This document shows, piece after piece, positions 34,424 to 43,545 of a stretch of DNA of 43,545 nucleotides (position 1 is its first letter; each line of letters starts with the position of its first letter). Under the pieces are notes generated by a model, which did not search any database, was not told where the DNA came from, and saw nothing but the letters and a program-made list of their open reading frames with translations. The translations under genes and the position numbers were made by a program. The stretch comes from Catajapyx aquilonaris (Eukaryota). The DNA lies in NCBI GenBank assembly GCA_000934665.2, contig JYFJ02003321.1, positions 1 to 43,545 on the forward strand, in the 5' to 3' direction.

Positions 34424-37014
34424 GTATAAGTCATCAATTTTCATAAATGCGCGCTTTAAAAGGATAAGTGTATGTGACGAATAGGGAAATATTTTAAAAC
34501 CATTATTATACCATAACAATGCGATTAAAATGATCTAAAATGAAAACCAGCCTGGGTAAAAGCAATATGTAATGGATGTCCTCATTATACGTATAATTTT
34601 CATACAAATATTTGTCTCCATTTTCAGTACTTTCGTGGAACACAAGAAAAGCATACTGCTTCTCACTGGATTGGAGTAAGATAAAATTTTATGCGCAATA
34701 TATGCACACTTTACTAATAACTCGTTCAAAATGCCTAAGACAAAAACAGTGCACCGCATGAAATTCAAGCACTTCACTATTATGTCAAACATCCTATGCT
34801 GACAGTTGAAATATTATTATTATTCGTTAACGTATAATGACCAGCGGAATTTAAAAAAGATAACAATAACAAAATCAAATCAAATAATGTTTTTACATGC
34901 GGCGATGAAGTCGTAATCAAACCGATAGTCATTGATTTCGGAATTGCCTATCGCAACTGATATCATCATATCCCAAACCGACAGGTGACATGAACGCCCA
35001 AAATATTGTTACATCCAGAAGTATATCATAGCCTTTATATCACATGACTGAACAGTATGTGTCTGGAAAAACAATATAGTATCACTCATGGGTCATGTCC
35101 CCAAAAAATTGAGTCCTGCCTTTTGGGGGTCGACCCCCAACAGACGACACCTAAATCAGAAGCGTTAATCGAATCGGCGTTGACCGAGAAAGAATTGACA
35201 CCGTTCCTTAACAAGGGTCCCGAGAGGAAGAGGGTGTGAGGGGGGTGGCGGGGACTGGGGAGAGAATGCAATTCATCGTCCCCACTCTCCACCTACCTAC
35301 CCTCCCCCCTCGTTGTTTATTTGCGTTATGAAGCCACTTCCCTGAGCAGGTGTGCACTGTAATCCGCAGCCATTGGGATGATGCCATTACGAGTGATTGG
35401 GTTTCACGCTAACGTGTTGAATCGGGCCGCCAGGTGATTTGATTTATTAGTGTTTATTAATGAAGTTACAATGCTGTGTAACGCCTAATTAGTCAATCAT
35501 CTAAAAAGAAAGAATCCCAAAGTAGATTTGTGGGGTTAAATGAGTCTGGTTCTGCCAAAACTTCGTTACCTTTTGTTTCCCGATTAAATTAGCGAACGTC
35601 TTCTGATACTAATGCGCAAAATGTAACTCGTTTTGCTGAGCCATAGATCACTTTACGCGCGCAGATAGGCGGCAGGGATTAGGAGCATTATGATGCTAAT
35701 TTCGTCGCACAACTCCGGAGAAGCGCCGCCGCCGCCGCCTCGGAGATAAAAGATCAGCTGGCGCCATGGCTGCAGGCGACACTTTCGCCCCCCTTCTATG
35801 CCGCCCCCTCTAGCCTCCAACCACACAACACCTATGTTCACTTCTGTGCATCTAACACCTTAATTAGGCTGCGTTTCATTGCAATTAAACCAGGCCTATT
35901 CTTAGGGGCGTGTGGCGGACACCCTAGTATAGTAATGGGGGTGGACTTGGGACTGTTTCACGGTGTTTGGGATTGGCGTAATTAGGAGGCGGATGGCGTA
36001 ATGTGTGGGGGCGGGTTGGTGTCTTTTCATGTGTGAGGGCTTGTTACGGGCATGTGCATAAGGAATGAGGAGAGGTCGGATGATGTTGCAGGTTGGAGTT
36101 TGGAGGGGAAGAAAATTTGGTTTTAAATAGGATAAGTATTTTTCCAACCTCATGGTTGCTAAATTGGTATAATTTTACCAAATTAACCAATTTATAAAAT
36201 GTTTGGTAAAATCGCTCCCGAATTTTGTGCATTTATGTGCTTTCATAATTCACCATTTTAATGGACGGGTATTTATACAAAAGCACAATATAAATATGGC
36301 TTCCCTTGCTATGGAGCTATACAACCTGATTTGCTGCGTGTGATAAATGGCTCTGATTTATATCACGCAAACAATATTTTCCTTTTGTTGCGTGAAAAGA
36401 TACGGGCCTATAGACTCAACATGACAGAGAGCCTACATCGCAGTATCGATGTACAGTATAACAAGTTTAAACGTACCGGTACCTGTTGAGAATCTGCAGG
36501 TGACGGCGCGCCGCGGCGTCTGACTACGTTCTGAATTACTTTAGGTTCAAATAATCGTGAAATGTTACTTACTCTACCGCAAATTTCAAAAAGAATTATA
36601 ACCATCTATCAACGTCGACGTTTTGTGTATAAAATGACACAAAACTGTAAGTTATGTGAGATGACACAGCACACGATATACTGTATATACCACAGTATCT
36701 TAATTCTGTTGCGTGCAAATACACGCCAAAACGTGTCACTGTGGAAAAAAATAGAAGTTGATATCTCATATGCCTACATTGCATATGACAGAGCACATGT
36801 GTGGTTGTCTTCAACAGAGCATGTGCCCTTCAATTCCTATTTTCCTGTCGTATTTTTGCTGACACAGTTGACCGGCTCGCCTTTTTGTTACGTCAAAACT
36901 TCATGTGTGCATATAGTTTTTCATATTATTCTATAGTCTTCCTCATCGTGATCAAAGTTTTCAACAAACTCGTCTATAAAATATGCATGGTGTATACGAA
37001 AAAATCTGCCAAAA

Positions 37015-37342
37015 TTATAGGGGTGGTAGAGGAAGTGCATAGAAGAAGTATGGCATGGCATGGGTCCGAAAGGCCGGCGATGACATTGACGTCGACGATG
37101 TCTAACCTGACATTGGATGCCTGCATCCCTGGTTGCCGAATTCAGGCGGTTGAGCAGCGGTCTAGTAGTGCGAGCGCCTGACCCCGGCAACCAGCAATGC
37201 AGGCATGTATGCTAGGGGTATCCATACCTGTCAGGATAGACATCGTGGACGTCAAAGGTCGACATTTCCAAAACGGATTGTCGCCGACCTTTCGGACCTA
37301 TGCCATGCTTATTCCATATGCATCCCCTACCACCCGTATCAT
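37015..37342. mobile_element. Degenerate foldback (old MITE)
   Basis: Interrupted inverted arms: ggggtggtag..gcatggcatgggtccgaaaggccggcga versus tcgccgacctttcggacctatgccatgc..ctaccaccc; gacgatgtctaacctgaca versus tgtcaggatagacatcgt; ctggttgccg..tcaggcg versus cgcctga..cggcaaccag. Confidence 0.6.
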
Positions 37343-40299
37343 TATTATATTCAACGTGACTAACTTCTACACCTGAAAAGTTACCGCAAATGTACCGCAC
37401 TGAAAGTACACAGCAACCAAATGCAGAGCAACCCAGTTCATTGAAAAACATAGCACAGTAATCAGAATTGAGTCAAGTATTACCAGCGCAAGCTGAACGC
37501 CCAAGTACTATAGTTACATTCATCCTCGGTATATACGTAAGTTAACGTTACAGAACAACCGGAATGTTCAACTTCAGAGCCGGTGCCAATTCGATTACAC
37601 GTGTACTGTATATCCGTGCACTCTACATATTACATATTTGAAACTACCGATAAAGTGCTAAGGAGCTAGCGTTGGTGCAAATGAACAAAAGGAAATGTTC
37701 TCCTGGATCCAAATGAGGCCTCAAAGGCTATGGCAACAAATCCAAACAATAGCCACAGCAGCTGCAGAAACTGTACGGTGCTTGGACACACGAGTGGGCA
37801 AAGGGCTGGAAAGAAGTAGCCACTCGGTCCATCTCGGTCGATCACACTTCTAGCATCTACAGCTGCTTACATCACGCAATAAACAATACCTGCAACGTAC
37901 TGTGTCCCCCCCAACCGCCCGAGGAGAAGTGTACAGTATATCCCTGGACACCCTCAGTTTGTAGGTGTTGCAGGCAGCCTTTGCGCTCCCAGATGGCAAC
38001 ACGGAGGAATGCCCAGTAATTAGAGGACCCTGCGGAATTATGCAGATGGGGCAAGGGCCACATGTGGACAGGATCTGCCCTAGGGGGGTTTTTGCCATTC
38101 CCTCCCACCCCCCTTGAGGACCCTTGACTCCGGGCGGGCTGGAGGGTCCTGGTGGCCCTCGGAGGAAGCGCTTCCTCCTTGTCATGCTAATCCGTGGACG
38201 CTGACAGAATTGTGTCGGCTTGGCCCCCGGATTGCACCCCCGCCTGACTACTGACAGATGCAAGCCTTAAAGGGTTGCTCTTCCATTCGCTCTGGGGACA
38301 CTCTTGACCCACTCGTATCACGCCGGGGCACCCATGATGCTTGTAGGGGGCAAGCTCTCGACAAAATGTGCCCTTTTCACCAGTCAAAAAGTTTTTAATG
38401 CGTTGTTTGATTCATGTAGCGATTGGTGCTTGGATATTTTGGAGTTTGGGAGCAGTCGATGCACGTGTCACTTTGTTATGGACGTTATAATGTCACATAA
38501 TGTACTATCGCGCAAAAAAATGGACAGGTCAGATTGAATAAGTAGGTGGCGATAAAATACCAGGACATAAGTAATGTAGGCCTACCATAGAATCACGTAA
38601 TAAAAGAATAAACGAAACTTAAAATTTACTCATTCGTACGCAGTATACACCTGTATAAGCCTACATGTGATGTAACACCCGAATGGTCCAATGTAAAGAA
38701 TTCCTGCCATTGTGGCTCCAACAAACACACATTTTCCACTACAACAAACCGATAGAACACATGCTAACTGCCTGCACGTGTGGCGCAATGCTGAAAACAA
38801 CAGGAAACTTGGCACTTACCTGCTCCACGTGAGTTACAAAATGCTTCTAGCCGTGAGGGAAGCATCGTGCTATAAGTTATACAGTATGTCAGCTGTGCGA
38901 GTGATCGCACATCTGTGTGGCACACTTGATAATTTTTCTATTCTATACATAATACAGTGACGTATAGTTCAGCAGGAGTCACTGACTAGAATTCAGTCAC
39001 AAAATCTACTTTATTACACTTATATCAACGCCGATTATATTACTTATATTAATGTGCTACTAGCTCTGTGTGACACCGCATCAAAGGACAGATCAGTGGG
39101 TTAAAAATAATTCCCGAGTTCATGCTGGTATACAGTATATAAAAAGAAAGGCTATGTGCACGTGTAATTGTCAAATTGCAACTGGTCACTCTGCACTTGT
39201 CATAATTACTTGCATGTTACCCACAAGTATAGGTCGACTATACCAGGAAATGATATCCTTTCTGTTTCAACAATAAAATAGCCTGTAACATCTGTGCAGC
39301 AAGTTATATAAGTTACCTACACTCCATATTAAGTAACTCTTTCCTGAAGGTCAGGGATACACTGTGTGAATTGCATTATGTCTTAACACATAAAAGCATG
39401 CGTAATGTCACTGTGGAGTTGTGAATCTGAAAGTGGCAACTTGCAAAATAGCTCTATATAGGTGAAATGTGCAGGACATTCATTATACAAGCAGACAGGT
39501 GCCAATTATTTGCTATTCTACCTCATGTACCAGATATCTGAAATTAGCCAACGCTTGCAACACCTGCCCTAACACTCACATCCCACTTCCAAAAATTATC
39601 AACTCTTCCTAACTAGAAGTTAGTACCTGAAATAGGCAAACCTGTGTATAACGTGTGGTTAATGCTATCATATGTGTTAATACACTTTCGCCACTAACAA
39701 GGGATCGTAACTTCCGTTATTAGCGTTAACCAGAATTGGAGCAACCAGAACTAACGATTTTAGTCGCTTGCTCTTTGATGGTAACTCTTTTCCCGCTATA
39801 GTGGCTCGGTGGTTTTGGCAATAAGAGGCGACAAAAAAATATACATTGCAGCCTACTACAGTGCCAGTATGTCAGGAACGCAAGTCGACAGCAAGATCAT
39901 TTAGAGTTTTTTTAAAAACCGGTACAGTCCACATGGCACATACCTGCTATTCTACTAACTCAAAGTCTAGAAATGAATATTTGTTGTCCACCACCACTGA
40001 TGTTATGTAAAATATGAGATAAATATCACAATACCGGTGCGCCAGTCCAATACTGATGAACGTGTGCGAACCAGCAACAAGTCTGGCCCATCATAAACAT
40101 TTCCAAGTCGATAGTAGCACAATAGCAATTGTGTGCCTACACTTTATTTTAGCTCTTTATCAGCTAACAGACGCTTGCTATCGGCTGTATAGGACCGTTC
40201 TCTTTACAAGGTTGCATTTTCCATAGTAATTGCCCATATTGATCATGTTACCGTCGCGTCGTTTACACCCTGATAATAATCAACTTGTCCCGTTTCCAG

Positions 40300-40637
40300 G
40301 AGGAGAAGGCGCGTTCAAAAAATTGAAACCCGAACCATCATCGTCGCAGCCTCTGGGAGGTTCCGCTCCGGGAGGTCACAACACCCACGCCCCAACAGCC
40401 TCCTCATGCCCTACTCCAGCCCGACGTCGACATCGCACCACCTTCACTCAGGTACAGTATCAGCCCACCCATCCAACCCAACAATGCAATTTAATACCCG
40501 TTTTATTCCCCATCATTTTTGTTGTGTAGGAACAGCTGGCAGAACTGGAGTCCGCCTTCGCCAAGTCTCATTACCCGGACATCTACTGCAGAGAAGAGCT
40601 GGCCAGAACCACCAAACTCAATGAGGCCAGGATTCAG
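40300..40637 (+). CDS. Prop: Homeobox exons 2-3 (40300-40451, 40530-40637) of the PRD-class Prop/CG32532-like gene; 3'-incomplete
   Basis: [13 protein letters not shown]...[52 protein letters not shown]|; introns after homeodomain codons 10 and 46 (the 46/47 intron is typical of the PRD class). The VWFxNRR exon was not found before the window ends, so residue 50 is unseen. Confidence 0.9.
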
Positions 40638-43047
40638 GTAAGACATTTTTTTTTCCTCCCCCTCCAACCATATGCAGTCCCCGGTCAAATTATGTCCTCC
40701 GGAAAAAGCCAAAGCGCTCGAAGGGCAGTGCTCTCCATTTCCGGCTGGTCCAGCCGAGTTGGGGCGGAATTCTGGAGGGCCAATTGGCTTCCAAACCGTC
40801 CTCGTCCCACATATACCAAGCCTAGTAGCTTCCAGCATACCTTCTTCCCACCTACCTGACTCGCGGGTCCCCGCCATCCTTCGAAATTCAATTCCATGTG
40901 AATCCAAACCGAGAGAAATAAGATTTTCCGAAGCAAATAAACCACTCTGCGCCCACTGATTTCCCGCTTAACTCCATTTCCCAGCCGCGTTTTATTACGT
41001 TTAAGGGCCTTTTTTCCCCTTTATTGCTCCTCTTAACTCGGTGTAGAGAGCCTACCCTTGGACACACGAGGCCGCTCCTTATCGCATTCACCCCAAGCTC
41101 GAAAACGACTCTGCCCGCAACCATCTAACCTAGTTATGTTAAGACGTAACAAAACCCTAACCGCATTATGTCGTTGGCTCTAATCACATTTATTATGTGA
41201 AAACTAGATGATGCGCCACTGATTAACCCGTGGACGCGCATGGTGACGATTGAAATATTCCGGCCGGCATTTCTTTATCTGTAATCCAATCAGCGGATTG
41301 CATTAGCAGCGGTGAGGACTCTCTGCCGCCATCTTCAACGCCCCCCCCCCCCACCTCCCTCTGCNNNNNNNNNCCCCCCCCCCCACCTCCCTCTGCCTCC
41401 CCTCCCCCGCACAACTAATGAAAAGCGAAATCTTGGCCCCAGCCTCAATGCCGAGGTTTCAGCCTGCAACTATCCGCGTTTTCCAAACTAATTCTATTAT
41501 CCTCGGCTGCTAGTCTGCTGGAGAACAGGTAGGCAGGGCCAGGCAGGAACAGGAATTATTATGGTGGGAACTACTATGGTGAGCTATTGTCTTAGGGACG
41601 ATGGGAATTGTTCGGTTGTTGGTGCAACAATAGACGAAAAAGTGAGTATCATTTAATTTACTAATAGCATGCTCCCCATAAAACTACTGACAAATGTTTC
41701 ATCCTGGCATGATGCAACCCAACGAACACTAGGAGCCACAAAATGGTGTGTCTCAAATAATTTAGCCTACATAATAAATCTGAGCCGACGAACCCCTCTC
41801 TGGAAGTGAAATCGAATGAAGTCCATTTGAGCGACATTCCACTTGAGCGAGTGCCTAAAAACCACTCAGTATAAGTCGCTTTGCATATTCATCCTGGTAG
41901 CTAAAATTGAGTAGAAAAATTTATCAAGTGGATGAACATTCTTTCACAATATTGAGTTGATATGTTGGAAAGAAATGTCCGTATCAAACCAACAAAACTG
42001 TCATATACTCTGTCTGCCCAAGCACACAATAATTCTCTTGTTCCCCGAAATATGCAGAAGAGAATGTAAATTAGGGGGGAGTGCCAATGGCCCTCGGAAA
42101 CAACGCCTCTTTATGATGCGCCCGCCACACAAAATGCAGCATTAAAATTGTTGCTCGCGGGATTGATTGAGTAGAAATGGGTATGGACAACAAAGAGACT
42201 CGCCGCGCTTGCACAAAAATATAGATAAGCCTGTCATACGCCATTCTTTACAAAGAGTGCGATTCAATACAGAACTTTGCGCAATGACCGACCACAACCA
42301 ATATAGGAACGTCCTTCACTGCGGTATTGCAATTGAACAACAGGGTGTCTCATCCATTAGCTGTCTTCACCCTCGGGATGGAAAAACAGGATTTGAGGGG
42401 AAGTTGAAGACGAAGAAATAAGAAGAAAAATCGGGAGGAAGAGGGCGTGTGTAGGAGAATTGGGTGCCTGACAGGCGTGTTCGCCAATGGATGGTGGTGG
42501 GGGGAGGAAGGAAGAGGCGGGGGAGGAAAAGAGAGGGGGAGGGGGGAGGCGGAAGCAAGGCGGAAACCAGACGGCGCGTGCAAAGGCGGGGCAGAACAGA
42601 ACTCCTGCTAGGAAACTGGGAAGGGAGGGAGGGAATATAAGGAACAAGATGTGGGGATATATAGTGATGCTCTTGGAGAGAACAGATGATTGGGGAAATT
42701 ACAAACCAAGGCCAATTCTGCCTCAGGCTTTTGTAGAAGGAACGTGCACCAGAATTTCAAGAAAAACATGATCAATGATTCTGATTAACCTGCAACAGTA
42801 ACCGGGATGTCCCATGCATAATATATATATATTTCATAGCGTGCAACTGCAACTGTACAAAAAAACCCTGCAAAGTGCACATGTTGCAATATGCACATGC
42901 ACCATTTCCGAATCTCATAATTTTTAATTAACTTGCTTCCATTTGTAGCTCACCGCAGAATATAGTGTGTGCCTTTGACAACGCCATAAAAGATCACTCT
43001 TCCATACATAATTGTGCACTTTGCTCTCGAAAAACGTTGGCTCCCAA

Positions 43048-43191
43048 TGTACTATGTGGCTTGTTTTGGCCACTTTATCCTGGTCTTGAAGCAACCCTTC
43101 GCACAGGCCCCACGTTGAGCAGGCGTGTGTGTGAAGGGTTGCTTCAAGACCAGGATAAAGTCGCCAAAACAATTTTAGCCCCAATAGTACA
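43048..43191. mobile_element. 144-bp palindromic MITE-like element
   Basis: tgtactat..ttgttttggccactttatcctggtcttgaagcaacccttc ... gaagggttgcttcaagaccaggataaagtcgccaaaacaa..atagtaca. Confidence 0.7.
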
Positions 43192-43545
43192 AGCATGTCA
43201 ATGACTATTTCCAAGATGTAGCACCCCTAGGTCATCACGCCACAAATAAAAGTGACCTCCTCAATTAGAACTTATATCCTGTAACATGCCATATGTGTAC
43301 AGTACATTTGACCTCAAGTTGCATTGTTCCCAGCACAACTCTGCTCCTCCTTTTCCCCCCCAACTACACCATTACTAGATCTGGGGGGCTTCCCCCTAAC
43401 AACATTTGCCGAAACGTGATTGGTTCCGAATCTGCTGGATCCTCATCCGGTCAGAGACGATGAAAGCTTGAAGGGTGTTTTTGGGAGGGGGGTATATATA
43501 TGGCGGGATGGCCTGACTTACAGGAGGGCGGGGGCGGCGATGGGG

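Noticed and set aside
41341..41397. Direct duplication of (c)n-acctccctctgc
   Set aside because: The copies flank a run of Ns; most likely an unmerged contig-overlap artefact.
40638..43545. Search for the homeodomain helix-3 exon (VWFxNRR)
   Set aside because: No AG-preceded matching exon was seen; it probably lies beyond the window, so the gene is not called truncated or a pseudogene.

Overview
Eukaryotic, intron-containing animal DNA, most likely a protostome/arthropod; nothing prokaryotic such as CRISPR or rRNA operons is present. Four protein-coding genes can be built by hand from GT-AG splice sites and frame continuity: (1) a divergent ionotropic receptor (IR) with an intronless CDS, minus strand, 681-2810; (2) RIOX1/NO66 JmjC oxygenase, plus strand, 9 coding exons 3883-10418, about 587 aa; (3) an MCFD2-like double EF-hand ER protein, minus strand, 4 exons 13540-10432, about 193 aa, whose stop codon is only 13 bp from the NO66 stop; (4) the 5' part of a PRD-class homeobox gene of Prop/CG32532 type, plus strand, exon 1 about 27158-27761, a 12.5-kb intron, exons 40300-40451 and 40530-40637, continuing past the window. 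The rest is non-coding and holds many small non-autonomous elements (Tc1/mariner-, piggyBac- and hAT-type MITEs, a full-length V-domain tRNA-SINE with a 16-bp TSD, several foldback palindromes) and microsatellites. Best leads: an AUG-free homeobox leader with an in-frame ACG in strong Kozak context plus a nearby CUG that opens a long overlapping frame; the obligatory 3'-3' antisense overlap of NO66 and MCFD2; and a candidate alternative basic N-terminal exon of NO66. Family assignments come from motif recognition only; no database searches were run.
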